DNA of 64,000 nt from Harriotta raleighana (taxonomy: Eukaryota): assembly GCA_050575255.1 (NCBI GenBank), contig JBNZDD010013720.1, forward strand, positions 9,101,767 to 9,165,766, written 5' to 3'. Positions 48,823 through 63,479 of this stretch are shown in pieces. Positions within the stretch are counted from its first letter, which is position 1. Each line of letters starts with the position of its first letter. The notes under the pieces are model-generated. The model did not search any database and was not told where the DNA came from. It worked only from the letters and a program-made list of their open reading frames with translations. Made by a program: the position numbers and the translations under genes.

Positions 48823-49735
48823 TATAACATTTGTTATTCTCCAGGATTCAGTTAGCAATCTACTTCTTGCAGAGCTCCTAAAATATCTACCATTAAGTGA
48901 AATTGGTCTGGTTGGCCAGTAATCTGATGTATCTATATAGTTAGCATGCACAGATATCTTTCACAGATAGAAATCTCTTTGGAATCACAAGTGCTTGTTA
49001 GAGTAGATAAAATATTAGTCCAGCTACTCTGAATTATTTAAAAGCTATATCCAGCTGGTTCTAGAGCCCTGTGGGTTATTGAAGTATTATTGACTGCTCT
49101 CAGTCCAAAGATCAATGTTAATTTTGAACCCTTCAACATTTGGTTAGAAGTTTAAAATAAATTAAAGGTTTCAATAAAATCTGAACCAGTTTGACTAGGG
49201 ACTTTGAATGGAAAATCCAGTATTCCTCAATGTGAAAGGGGACAGTTCAGGGAAAATCATATATTTTTGTCTCTGAGTTGAGAATGAATCTATTACACAG
49301 CATCAATCTTACTTTTACTTGAGATATTGAGCTGTTAGGAGACAGTTTCCTGGACACAGCATGTGAAGTCACAAGGTGAAAATCAGGGCCTGTGATCTGT
49401 TAATTATTGAAGATTCTGCTCTAATGAGCACTAAAGCTATATTAACTGGACCGAAAGAGGGTGAATTTTGGATCGGAAATTTTGGATTTCAAAGCTAATT
49501 CAAAGCCTGTTAAAAAACAGATGATGTAAGCAGGTGGGACTATATACAGGAAGATGCTTATCAGTGCTGAATGACATATGCTGGCACTCGGAATGAAATA
49601 ACACTGTTCCCTGCTCAAACCAAACCATCATCCTAGCAGCTGGCACAGACAAGTAAGATCAGCCTGCATTGCTATGCACAATGATAAGTACGAAGATGAG
49701 AAACAAATGAATGTAAAGAGAAAAATGGCACTAAC

Positions 49736-49814
49736 CTTGTTAGTTCTTCTTGTAGTTGTGCATGATCAGGTGGGAAGAATTTCACCACGAACCTCATCAC
49801 AACATGTTTTGGTC
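49736..49814 (-). CDS. FARP1: FARP1 exon 5 (79 nt): (R)PKHVVMRFVVKFFPPDHAQLQEELT(R)
   Basis: ctag|GACC...CAAG|gttagt; phase 1 to 2. Confidence 0.96.
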
Positions 49815-50148
49815 CTAGAGGAAGATTAAGTCATTTTTGTGTTTTATAAAGCAAACATGAATTGAATATCAAGCAGTAATAGCACATACTCAGAAAGTGG
49901 TGAACGCTGGTCTCCCATCCCTGTGGATATAAGTTCAAATGTCAAGAGAGACCAGCTTTTACCTCAAGTCATTTGTCCACTAAAGTAAAACATTCAATGG
50001 CTCTTTCAAGCACACCCAAGTGTAGTCTTGGAACAGATTGCAATATAGACAGGCACCCGAACAGCTTCCATGTGAGCACTCTGTGGAATTGCATGGCAAG
50101 GCAGACATTGGTTTGTAAAGATAAACCAACAAGACAAACAGTACTCAC

Positions 50149-50191
50149 TTCTGACTTGATTCGCAATTGGTTTTAAAAGATCCAGCCATAC
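50149..50191 (-). CDS. FARP1: FARP1 exon 4 (43 nt), FERM F1: VWLDLLKPIANQVR
   Basis: ttttag|GTATGG...AGAA|gtgagt; phase 0 to 1. Confidence 0.95.
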
Positions 50192-52078
50192 CTAAAAGCA
50201 CAACAAAGATTGCAATTACTATTAAATAGTCTGTATCCATTTGAAAAAGAGATTGATGTACTTCATAAAGGTTTCAAATAATTTGATGGAATGCACATGA
50301 AGGTGCTATTGTATACGTTAATTAGATTTTTCTTCAAAGCATGGTTTAAACCGTAGTTTATATTTGTTAGATAGAATGGTGTTGAATNTTTAAAAAAATC
50401 ATAGAATATTACATTGCATTGCAATGGGTTCTCCATCGTATTTTGAAGGTGGAGTAGATTGCAAATATTTAAAGTGTTTCCAACAAATATTCACATTTTG
50501 TGTCACGTCAGATTTCAAAAAAACTTTTCTTAGTCCTTGACATGAACACCAGTTTTATGTTTATCAACTAGTCCATTACTGCCAAGCTTTTATCACATTA
50601 TTACCCATGATTTCACCCAGTGTAATAAAATAAAATGGAAAAACTTTATTAATAAAACCAGCTAAAAGCAGAAAATAATGTAATATTCATTTGATTTCCA
50701 AGAGCATTAGCCTCAAAGAAACCAATTTATTTTCTCTTCTTTCTCTTTTGGAAAGATTTTTTTTCAAAGTTCTCTCCCTCTCTTTAGGAGTGAATGAGAT
50801 GAAGTGGGAAATAGGAAATCAGAAAGATGAACAAAGGAGCTGCTGTGGAAAAACGCCAATTAATTAAACAAACCACACCAGGCTTTCCACATCTACGTGC
50901 TCCTTACAGCAATATGGAAGTATTCCAGAAGAGGCCATTAAGGCTGATGTTCAGAGCCCATTGAATTAAACTGCACTTTAGGAGACTACTTCATGTATTC
51001 CCACCAGACTACAGAAAATCAGATGGCCCAGACTAGGATGGCAGAAATAAGACTGTTCTTCCCCGGATGCTATCACGTAAGATACCACCTCCATCTGATA
51101 GATTGGAATTCTGCAGAGTTCCTTGATACACTTTGTTTTAAACATAAAAGACATAAGAGCATTAGGATTTGGATACATCCTAGCCTCTACCACCAGGGAA
51201 TAATTTCCGAACTGAATTATCCAAATGGGACTATATTAAGAGATACATCAAATTCATTTAAACCGTTCCCTTTCAGTACATAAATAAGTACAATCACTTC
51301 ATCATTCCATTAGTTATTGAATACTGACATAAAAAATGCTAACACTTAAAATCGAAAGGAAACAATATTAAAAAAAACACCATTTTGTTCTGTAAGGAGC
51401 ACAGTGTGCAGTTTGAGTCTATTCACATTTGTTAAGCATTTCAGTAGCTTTCAGCCCCTCGGGTTAGACATTGGGGACTAATTTGGGACATTTACAAATG
51501 GTTTGCAATTTTTTGATCTTCATGTAACTGAACTAGAGAGTACAATATGGAAATATTTTATTTCACGAACCATAACTTTCCGATGATCCAGAAATTCGAG
51601 GGCGAAGTAATCACTCTCAACCAGATTAAGGTTCTGGCAGATCAAATCCAGCAGAAACTTCCCAGGGGCTCTTATCTGAAAAGAGAATACAATTGTTACA
51701 GTTTAGTGAGAGTATTTTATTCTGCAGGAAAATGTAACCGTTATCATATACAGTACTACAATTTAACAAATGGCTGAATAACACTGTTACATTCTCTTGG
51801 CCAAACACTGAAAAGGACCAATGTAATGTGATGCAATTCGATCAGAAAACTGAGGATTGACATGCATCAGAAATTGCAATTTGAATTACACATAAGATCA
51901 TATTTTCAAATGGATCTTTCCCCATTGTGTTAAATACCTTCTGTCATACTTGTATAGAACAGACTCTGGCCCAGCAGTTAAATGCACAAATTAGTAAAAT
52001 GTTACCTTTATTATAGCTTATTTCTGAATTTAGTCACTGTATTTCCATTCATCTATCAGCGTAAATTACAGACCTACA

Positions 52079-52103
52079 AACACACACACACACACACACA
52101 CAC
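52079..52103. repeat. (CA)n microsatellite
   Basis: Visible dinucleotide run. Confidence 0.9.
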
Positions 52104-54075
52104 TTAAAGGCTTTTGTTGCAAGTATTACATTGAAAACCTACAGAAATTGGGAAAGTGTTGATGTTTGAATGTATAACACAGTTTCTCATTTCAATATGT
52201 AACACTTCTTTGTGCAAAATTTACAAAGCATTCAGTTAGTTGTTTCTATTAGAAAAGTTTAAGGTTCAAACCACACTGATAGTTATACAACCAGCTGATG
52301 AGACACAAACTTATCTTTATTTAACTAAATAACCTGCAAATGATTTAGCAACAACAGAAAACGAGGCACTAGCAGAGGAAGAGCTGGCACAACTTTCACC
52401 CAAGGCCTCCTTCACATAAATGAGTATCTTAGTTGGAAGAAAATTGGCTGTGGCTTTAATGGAATGAGCCTGTTTATCACTATGCTGGTGTGAGAATCTG
52501 GAAGAGTGAAATTACATTTAGTAATCTGTACAAGCAAATAGTAAAGATATACTAAACATAAAACATAATTTTTTCTTTTTAAAAAAAAACCTCTCTATTT
52601 GGGTGAAATAGGGCTGAGTCAATAATGTAAGCAGTAATAATAATCAAATAATAATATTGCATTTGATATATGTCTTTAAAGACAGCTCAAAGCGCTTCAC
52701 AGACTATACTGTAAAGTGAAATTTCTGCATATTTTGTGGGCAAAATCCACTGTTGGATTCCTGATGCCATTAGCAACCTTCGAGTCGACTTTACATGCCA
52801 GCGAGTTGCAGATAGGCATGACTGTCAAACTGTCCTGTATCCAATTTGGGCAACCACAGAGTCAAGGAGATGGGACTGTTTTGAAAACATGTTTTTAACT
52901 TAAATAGGAATAGTTAAGATTAAATTTTGTGGGGACTGATTGTACCAAAATAGAAATCGGCAGATGTGGGGAGGGAATATGGGTTACATTTTCTCCTTCT
53001 TAAAAAGATTTTTTTCCCGCCAACATTATGTAGATGGTAATTTCAATGGAGATACTGAATCAATGATATATTAACCAATTGTGCACAATGCTCATTACAC
53101 CATCTTCTACTCATCCATGTGACCTCAGCACCCATCTTCTCTAAAGTGTCCTGTGTCAATCATCCAGCAATCACTGGATCGATTGCAAAATATGGGCAGA
53201 CCCATCATAAAATGTGGTATGACTCTGTATAGCTAAAGGATGGACAAACCGTATTAGACTACAGTTAGATTTTTTTAATGTATTTTGTATACAATATAAA
53301 TACAGTACTTCATCATTGTTCTGATGAAGAGCTATCAAAATAGTAACCATCTTTTTCCTGTGCTGCCATTTGTCAAGACTTTCTATTGTTATATCGCAAG
53401 TCTAGCAGGCCTCTTTTAGTATGCTAACTCTTTCATAAACTAGAAATTAGCTTATGTATAATACATGCTCCATCATTCTATACTTCGCATAATGCATATA
53501 TTATTTATGATGGGTGTGTTCAGCATCTGGCGATATATTTATGAAGTATTTACAATCTTCTAGCTCTCTCATAAATAATTGAAAGCAATAAAAGTGCTAA
53601 ATGTAAGAAAAAAGTAATCTCAAGAAATAACATTTTGTGGCAAGGAAGCATGCTAAACTTTAGCCAGTTGAGCTGTACATCCACTATTGTATCTACACTG
53701 GATTCACAATATCAAATCAATGTGTTTTAGTTGCGCAATGTGCAATCAATGTTGTACAGTGTTAGTATTGTTTGGATTTGCATTTTATTTCTCTCTCGAC
53801 CAATTTTTACCCAATGACTACTATAGTAGCTGAGCCATACAGATCTGAAAGGTCTCACATTCAAATGTCAGTGGGTAATTCAATATCCATATGTTAGGAT
53901 GTTGGCTGAGGACCCGATTGGATTAGACTATGATTCATTATCAAATAGTTTGTCAAGATATTCTAGGAATCAAATAGTGTTCATCAAGGAAACCAACAAT
54001 ATAAATGGTGCAAATGTTCGAAAAAACACCATGTAAAATGTATCTCCTCCAGTAAACTCTGTTTATATCACATTA

Positions 54076-54512
54076 GAGTCCTGTAGCTCAGCGGTTAGAG
54101 CACTCGCCTCGCAAGTGAGAGACCTGAATTTGATTCTTAGCAGGGCAAAACCTTGGGCAAGATTTCTTATACCACACACCTGATAATAATCCCTCAAGAA
54201 AAGAAAAAAAGAAGTAATAATAATTTGGTCACTCAATCCACGACTATTTTGGGACACTGCTGTGTTCAATTGGCTGCTACTTTTCACCCACAGATGTACG
54301 GTCACTACACTTTACAGAATCTTCTGTGAAGCCCTTTTGAGATCTCTGTAGAAGATGTAAAAACAACAACAATAATAAAATTACATTGATAGAGTGCCTT
54401 TCATGTCGGGAGGATGTGCCAAGGTGCTGAACAGTCAGGTCGCAATGCACACTATACAGCCATTATACTGCAATGCAAAAAGCACTATATCAAATGCAAG
54501 AATTATTATTAT
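54076..54512 (+). mobile_element. tRNA-SINE, full length, with a minus-strand L2 tail inserted near its 3' end
   Basis: Head GAGTCCTGTAGCTCAGCGG; insert about 54362-54476; SINE tail resumes AGCACTATATCAAATGCAAG. Confidence 0.85.
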
Positions 54513-55960
54513 TTATTATTACCCTGGGAGAGCTCATCATTGGAACCATGTTCTTATGATTTGTTTTCATTTGCAGGACTGCCTAATGTATAGCAAGTGT
54601 AATGATATCAAAGTTGGATATCATCATGTTATATTATTACCTTTCCTCACCAAAGACCATATGTTTCTACATGGTGTCAGTCTGGATTATACTGTTATGA
54701 TATCACACACACTGATTATTGGGAAGCGCTTACATTTTTCACACTGCCATGTCAAAATATCATAAACCACCATTAAAAATCTTAACTTGTTGTTTAGACT
54801 GTGTTCTACCACAGTAACATACTGTTAATGTTGTTTTCCATTGTTACATTGTATTGAATCCTTCTGCACCACATTGTGCTGTTTAGATTACATAGTTCTA
54901 TAATAGTTCTTTAATGCATTTTATATTCAATAATGTATTATATTGTAGTCTTCCAAGCTTTCGATGTTGAATGGGACCAATCCAACAAGCTCAACAGGTC
55001 ATTGGCATCCCCTTGATTTTATGTTATTATGTTCTTAGTATTGATTACACTTTGTTACAGAGTAATCAAGTAATGCACACTATACAGACACTATACTGCA
55101 ATATTAAACAATATACTGTATATGTGGTATATATATATATAATCTGTACTAAAGCCTTCCAACTTTTTCCATACTACCTACGCTATCTTTAGTTACACCT
55201 TAGGAAAACTGGCATATGGTGGTCAATTGTTTAGCTCTACAAATTATACAGTGTCATCAATCACTGGTTTAGGACCATGCTTTAGTAATAATAATTCTTG
55301 CATTTGATATAGCGCTTTTTAGAATATACTGAAAAGTGAATTGACTGTATATTTGTGGGTGAAACATACCAGTGTAAATATTTAATGTCTGAACAATGAG
55401 CAGTCATACATCAACATGATTGTATGACACAGGGGTAGGGTGAAGTACAATTAACAGTGTTCATTAATGTAATGCCGGCATAAATTATCAAAAACTGCGC
55501 ATTTTCCCCTCAATGTTCATTTTCTCGCTCATGTTTTTCAAGGGAGGAGGTACAAGCATTGGCCTTGTTTTTTCATTAATTTTGTCTCACACCATGCCAA
55601 TAACATAGAAATTCAATTAGCAAGGAAGACAAGAAGGCGAAGAAAAACACATGGGATCAGATACAGTGGTAATTTCACAGCATGGATCATAATGACAAGA
55701 TAACTTCACTAATACCCAGTGTACAAGAGAATAATAAATTCCCAATGGGTTACTTTTACACTTGTGCTCAATACAAGAGGAAAATAATGGAAGAATAAGA
55801 ATAAGTGATCAGAACTGATAAGATTTAAAGTTGCATTACTCACATCACACATTCTTCCATTTTTGACTGGGGCAATTTAGCATTGTGTACAAACCACAAC
55901 AATTGGATACAGCGCCTCCAAAAATGCCCCACTCACTATGTAAAGCACTAGGGCAGTATG

Positions 55961-56335
55961 ATCAATCAATCAATCAAAATTACATTTATATAGCGCCTTT
56001 CATGTCGGGAGGACGTCCCAAGGCGCTGTACAGTCAAGTAGGATCAGAGTGGGGGGAGGGGTCACGGGAAGGAAAGTAGGAAAAATTGACTGTATATTTG
56101 TGGGCGAAAATGCGGCAGCCAAATTGCGCACAGCTGTGTCCCACAAACAGTCATGGAAGTGGGGTTAGGGGAGAAAGGGGCGAAAGATGACAAGGGGAGG
56201 GGTCGGGGTAGGAGCAAGGAGAACAGGAAAAAACGACTGCATATTTGTGGGCGAATCTCATTACTGACCTTGAACTGCAAAACTTCTGAACCAAGAGCGA
56301 GAGAGCTAACAACAGAACAAAACTGACACTCCAAA
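55961..56335 (-). mobile_element. Chimeric element: L2 tail + Deu-type core (duplicated) + degenerate tRNA-like head
   Basis: (ATCA)n and L2 tail at 55961-56035; SINE core at 56083-56157 and again at 56235-56256. Confidence 0.65.
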
Positions 56336-57362
56336 ATTTATTTTCCTTCATCTGGTAATAAACAGATCCTTTGAGGTTCCGCAAAAATATTATTCAGCTT
56401 TAAATTCATGAGTAAATCTTTCTTTTTAAGCCCAATCATTTTTTTAACAACAGAGGAAAATACAAGTTATTTGAGACTTTATAAACCAGTCATGTGGAAC
56501 TATCACTGACTTTCTCCATTACCATGCACATTATTACATGTGGCGGCTTTTCTTTGATCCTGTAACATAAACCCAATTTAAAGATTTATCTTGCCTCTGC
56601 AGGCCACAACTAGTCTTTGAAGCTAATCAATGCCTATCAGATAGTGAAATATATCAAGAATCTAATACATTGCAGCAATTCTATGGGATATTATGATTTG
56701 GATATATATGGGATATTACATTTTTAAAAACCAAGATGCATCTTCCATTAACAGCAGTGTATAATTTCAGCAGGAGTGAGGATATCTGTCTTGTTCTTAT
56801 TCAGAAATATTCTGTGAATACAGTCGAGCATTGAACTTTCAGAAACCTAGAGGCCTGCAATTCCATCTTATTACTCTTAGCATGTAAACCATTTGGTTTA
56901 AAATTTACTGAATTTAAATTCAGTCACTTGGAAGTCAAAATGATGGAAAATCAGCTTCCAAATGCAGATTGAATTAAGGATTTTCCGCAATTCTGCACAA
57001 TCTTTAAATTTTAAGATAGAATTATGTTAAATTATATTTAGTTATATAAATAAGGTAAAGCTTGGTGGAATTTGGGTTCTTAGCAGATAATTGGTGCAGA
57101 AACTGTTTGCAGCAAACATGCTTTTAGTCTTATCACTACTAGCACTTGGAATAGCCTGTCTGAATAATGCAATGCTCAGTCCTTTTGTACAAGAGTGTAA
57201 CAGAGCATGAGTCTTGCAACAGCAATGTGCATTTGCATGATGGAGACCTGTTATAACAGGCTTGATTATATGGGATCACCTGAAAGGCAGCTTTCTATTC
57301 AATGTTTCCAGGAATTACTCACTTTAATTTTAAATGTCTAAATTTCATGTTGAACTCAGATG

Positions 57363-57727
57363 ATAATAATAGTAATCCTTGCATTTGATATAGTGCCTTA
57401 TCATGTCTTCGGAACCTCTCAAAGCATTCCACAGAATATACTGTAAAGTGAATTGATTGTAAATATTGTGGGTGAAATTCGGCAGCTAATTGCACACAAC
57501 AGTGTCCTATAAACAGTCATGGATTGAGTGACCAATTTATTAATTTTTTAAGTAATTATTACACTGGGATAGACAATCTGCCAATTGTCTAAAAACTGGG
57601 TTCCTACTTACTGCAAACAGGCGTATGGAGTAAAAGAAACTTGCCCAACGTTTTGTCCTGCTGAAAATCGAACCCAAGTCTCTCGCTTTCAAGTTGAATA
57701 CTCTAATGACCGAGATACAAGATTCCA
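57363..57727 (-). mobile_element. tRNA-SINE, full length, long-core variant
   Basis: Family head and tail plus extra central segment. Confidence 0.85.
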
Positions 57728-59859
57728 AGATATTTGGGTATTGGACATGAAGAGAAATTGGCTGCAATGTTCACCTACTAAAGTATAGTAATCAACTGTA
57801 CAGTGAATCCTGTGATGTGTTTTCAGACATCCTCTCGACATGAAAGCAACTATATCAAATGCAAGGATTATAATTATTGTCTACCAATGGCAGATACCTA
57901 CAGTACTAAAACAAAAAACAATAAAGAAATTCATCAGGAGTCTTAATCTAAAGTCAGGCATGCTGTCAGCAGAGATTTGAATCAAAGGCGAGATATCTTT
58001 ATTGCAAATCTGATGTAAGTAAATTCCTGGCACATTCTCAATATCTGCACCTATTCAGCAAGGATTGGTTCCTTACTTTTTAAAATCATTTGTGTTAGAT
58101 TCAGACTTATTAATTTGTCTTGAGATTTTATCTCCATGCTATGTATTCCAAAACATCCCTAAATCATTTATGAAGTCACTTTTTACTACTTAAGATTCAC
58201 GACAGGTCTTCATCCTAAGTTCAACATTCTTCTTGACTTGCATTTCCTGCAGTTTCAGATACCAATTCTGCAGTTCAAAGACGGAGAATAAAATGAAATT
58301 CTGAAATCAGGTTGTCTATTCACAGCTGTCACCAACTATGGAGAAGTCAGCATCAGACTGTTCTTGACAAGCCAGTACATTTTGAATCAGTGCAAGAACA
58401 CCTCCAATTATAAAAGTGGCAGTCTCCAGCAGTGTTTTAGCATTTCATATCAAGTGACAACTGTAGAGTGCTCTGTTAGCTATCGGCAATCATAGATTAA
58501 TTACAGTAGAAAACTGTGAAATTGAGTGTCCTGCAGTGGTAAATGTGCTCCCACAGCAATGTGGAAATATCCCATTGCAACCAAGTAAGGTTTTTAATGA
58601 GTAGGACAAAGAAATCACATTGACAAGTATAATGACTTGCCTTGTACAAGATTCGCTCACACACTCAACTAGACATGTTTAAAACGGACATTATTTCTAA
58701 TGGCAATTCATTTACCTAGGTTTCACCTGGGTCGAAATTTACTCAAGTTGTACAGCATTTCAGAGAGTCTAGGATTCAGTAAATTGTGCTTCAGTGTAAC
58801 TGTTTAGCACAATTTTATTAAAATAACTTATTTATTACCTATTAAAATTTCCCAAAACCAATATCAAAATCAACGGTGTATTTGAGAACTTGACAAACAG
58901 CACACTCTAAAATGNTTTAGCACAATTTTATTAAAATAACTTATTTATTACCTATTAAAATTTCCAAAAACCAATATCAAAATCAAAGGTGTATTTGAGA
59001 ANCACATAAATAGTGTTTGTCTCGACCGCAATGGAATTTCTCCTCAGTGGTGCTTTAAGTCCTTCATTAGTTAATTGGTGAACTGACTGAAAGGATATGA
59101 GTCCTGAGGGTATTTCTTAGTCCTATGAAGAATAGCAACTACAGCGATAAAAGGCAAACCTGCCATGGTTGCAACCTGGAAACCAACCAGAAAATGTCAA
59201 CCCCACCACAAGGTCAACCTCACCCCAGGTGAACCAGTACCTGAAAGATGTTTTAGCTTTAGTTTTAGCATTGCAGACATAATAGAAAGAGCCAACAAAG
59301 TTTCAGAGAAGGTTCATTTAATGAGCAGTGATCTTGTGAGGTGCATGGTATGTTGAGGTTCGTTGGGCGGGGAGGGGACAACAACTGGCTATTTGGGAAA
59401 GTCCCCGTGAAAATGGTTACCAATTTTTCAAAATTCAGAGATGGCAGGTGGCTAGTGTTAAAGGGAGCTCCCTCCCGCCTCCCCACCCCACCCCCAACCC
59501 CAGTGTAGTTGCTGCCAGCCTTAGCCATTACCAGCTCCCTGGAAATCAACTGACTTACACTTACCTTTCAGATAGCCATGCATCAGACTCATAGAACAAC
59601 AACCACAAAATTACACTTGTACAGCGCCTTTCGTGTCAGGAGGACATCCCAAAGCACTCATACATGTGTATTGTTTGTTTTGCCACTTGCACCCTCCATG
59701 AATCAACACTCCCATTTTCCATGAAAATCCCGAACCCTTTCGCAGCGGCAGTCCGCGACCACAATCCTCTTCTCCCTGTGCTCTCACTTTGAGGTGTGCA
59801 TTTGTCAATCACTGAAATAGAAGGTGTACTCACATCTCTCCCTCCACTGCCTACTTGAG

Positions 59860-60180
59860 CCCCTCCCACCTGATTTCCATCCTGCACAGAGACAGTGCAA
59901 TGCAAAGTCGCAAACAATGTTGTCTCTCTCTGTGACCAGGGCTCCCTCTACCTCCTGTCCTAGACCTTTCTGTTGCGTTCAGCAGTCAACCCGGCTATCC
60001 CCCTCCACTGTCTTTGCTCCCTCATCGACCGTAGCGGGTTGGCATTCTCCTGGTACATGTCCTACTTAACCAACCGCCACCATTTCATCTCTGTTGCTGT
60101 TTCTGTATCAACCCTGCCATTGTTATGTGCTCCAAAATGCTACCTGCTTGAAGGACTCTATATAAATGCAAGTTACTATA
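59860..60180 (+). mobile_element. Old L2 RT fragment
   Basis: SGLAFSWYMSYLTNRHHFISV resembles L2 RT motif G.AL.WF.SYL..R.Q.V; L2-like tail at about 60150-60175. Confidence 0.65.
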
Positions 60181-63100
60181 GCTTTTGAAAGCCTTGTGTG
60201 TGGAGAGAGTGGCTAGTAATGTGTAAGAGAGTGGATAGTATTCACTGTAAGTTTCCTGATTTTAGCTGTTGTCAGTTGTACCAGCCACGATTGCAATGGA
60301 AGGGCCACAGTTGGCCTCAGTATTCCCTTGACTAGGAAAGAGGAAATATCCTGCCATCTTTCCAATTCCAATCATTGTCTAATAAGATAAACAGAGCATG
60401 GATGTAGATGTCGGTAAGGATTAGAGTTGAGTTTGACCTTTGATGACCCACATTGAAATAGGTTGTCAACACTCAATGCTTAGGTTTACACATGAATAAT
60501 GGCTACTTAAGTGAGATATTGAAGGGTGACCATTGTCAGTGAAAAGGAGTCAGTACCTTTGCAGGGTGCGAGGGTCGGGGAGAAGATGACTATATTCTAA
60601 AAAAAAGCATGCATAAAAAATCCAGACTAGAAATAAACTAAATGTAAACAAAGAGGAAATGCTGCCCATAATTCTATGCCTCTCACCAGGGTCTTTATAC
60701 CCTAAACATAAGTGAATTTTAGTCCTGGCTAATAAAGCTGGACAGTTATTGTGAAACCAATTGAATGGATTCATACCAAAGTTTGAAGAGATTAGCAGGA
60801 ACAAAGCATTCCCCGTATATGTTCCTCATTTATCTTACTCAGGTTCTGCTCTTCCTTCAGAAAGTAGTATACAATACCAAATTACATTTGTATAGCGCCT
60901 TTCACGCTGTGTGCTCCCTCACTGCCTTTTACATTAAAATTCCTCCTCCACTGGCTGCCTCTCCCAACGAGTGGCACATGGCATTCAATCTGGGTTAAAA
61001 CATGTAATTTAAATTCACACAAGCCACTCTAAAAAATAAACTAATCTCCGTATCTCCACGGCATTGCAAAAAGTATCACACCTGCTGATCATAAACCTGA
61101 GTCCTAGCACTTTCGTCGTATTGACAGCTCTGTGTTCCTGACTTGTGAAAAGCATTAATAGCGAAGGAAAGCAGAGACAGCTCAGTAGTTTTAAGATGAC
61201 AGAAGCTCTCCTGTCAATCACAATGATGCCTCAGACATCAATGCAAATCATTACCGCCATTGTAGAAGTGAGGTGTCTGCGGGGAAGAAAGGTAAGAAGA
61301 TATAATGGCTGAATAAAAAAAGAAACATTTACATTTTGTGCACAGAAGCTTTAACCATTTGCTGTAATTAAAGAGTTAATTTTCTAGCAGTTCAATACAT
61401 AAAATAATATTTGATACAGCCTCTTATCATGTAGAAATGTCTCAAAACATTTGACACATATTAAGGGAGAGAGTTAATTCACCTAGGTGTAGATTAATTT
61501 GATTCATGTAGCATTTTAGGGCTTCCAGAATTTGGCAAATTCTTCAATCATCTTAATTGAGAATTAATATCCTTAAGATCTACAGAAAACCAGCTTCAAA
61601 ATTAAGACTCAAATCAACAATTTGGCAAATTGTGTATGTTCTAAAATGCTAAACAAACAAGTGAACCTAGACCCAAGCGGAATTTCTCTCCAAATTAGTT
61701 ATATTTAAAAAAGCATATCGANAATTGTGTATGTTCTAAAATGCTAAACAAACAAGTGAACCTAGACCCAAGTGGAATTTCTCTCCAAATTAGTTATATT
61801 TAAAAAAGCATATCGACTGTTATAATGAAGATTTATCATGCAGGTAATCTGCATCCAAGACTCACAAAGTGGAGTGAGATAAATGGCCAATATATTTGTT
61901 CTGCTGAATTGAGATAATAGAGGAACAATAGCCCCAAAATATTGTATTTTGTAAATTAATACAGTATGAAAGAGAAGGCATGATTATTTTGAAGAGAATA
62001 TTATTAACATGTTTAACCATTTCACTGGGACCACTCCTGGATCCAGTTAATCCTGCAAACCAAATTCTAACAGGTTGGGTGATGAGTTGGATAAGCAATG
62101 GGAATCTTACCAGACAGCTCTCTCAAGGCATATGATTTTTGCTGGTTGACCTCCAGGAATACCCCCCCAATACACACTTTCAGTTCCCCAAGCCTTCACT
62201 GTACCTAACACCCAATGGAATTCCATAGACAGACGACATCCCGGGAGAGAGTGTGCATTCCATTCCTGACAGTAATTTCCAAGCATAGGTAACATGTATA
62301 CCTGACACTCTCAGCCTGGTGTGAATACTCTTAAGCATATCTACAGTAATTGTATGGCTCATTGAATGAGTGAGCTAAGGTGTGGCTCCTATGGTCCATG
62401 TTGGGAGAATGTGGGCATAATCAATGGCATTTGCCTATTCCATCAGGATCAAAGGCACTTAATAACAGCTTATTGGAACCGTTATTTTACTCATCAAAGG
62501 CAGCACTCAAAATCTGCATTTGTGTCATTTAATCATTTACATTTATATTGCAGCATATTCTATGATGGATTATTCATTCAATCACTTATTGAGCTGAAGA
62601 CTATAAAGGTCCGCGCCCTGTTCATGTAAAAGTGCAATTGGTTTATTAAGCAGGCTTATTAAATAATACATCAAAAGCATTCTATCTTTTGGCCCAAATA
62701 AACTGAAGATGCAAACTCACGTTGTCAAAAAATTCTGATAGGCTTGAACAAAAAAGCAGTATGAATCCAATCATGACAGACAGATAAAAATATCTACCTT
62801 TGTCAGTTAAATGAGCCTGGGACTCTCAATTCATTTCCTGCTGAGCATAAATGCAAATCCCCCAAATTTAGCACTGTGGGTAGTTTTGCTAACTGTACCA
62901 AACGGGAGGAATTCATGATTTAGCTCCTATTTACTAATGTGAGTTAGCTTTGCTCAATTGGTAGCACTCTTATCTCTGAATTAGAAGGCTGTGATTCAAG
63001 CCCCATGGTAGAACTTGTCTATACTGACACTCCATACAATGCTTATTAAGATAAGACCAAGGGAAATGTCAGTTCTCTGATGGTATCCAGTGATAGGAAA

Positions 63101-63479
63101 GTCCTCATTGTGGATAGAGGGTGAGGGCATTGTCATCATTTTTCATATTTATTATGTGAGTCCACATTGGAAGAATATGGAATTATTAAAGAGGAATTAG
63201 CATTTAGGGATCCACATTCTAGTAAACAAATTTTAAAAAATTATAAATTGGTCACTCAGTCCAACAACAACAACTACAACAACAACTTTAATTTATATAG
63301 CGCCGTCCACGCCCGACTTTGTATCAGAGCACTTCAAATCCATGAATGTTGGTGCCCAGAAAATATAGTCAATTCATTTGATAGTATATTCTGTGAAACG
63401 CTTTGATACGTCTCAAAGTTGTGATAAGACGCTATATCAAATCAAGGATTATTATTATTATTTCTTCACTGTAGATGCT

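Larger units (their letters stand above)
925..50191 (-). other. FARP1: FARP1 gene, partial (exons 4-21; gene extends beyond both window ends)
   Basis: 18 GT-AG exons splice in frame into FERM-FA-linker-DH-PH. Peptides such as RFPTDKAYFIAKEVSTTERTYLKDLEVIT match human FARP1 as I recall it, better than FARP2. Confidence 0.96.
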
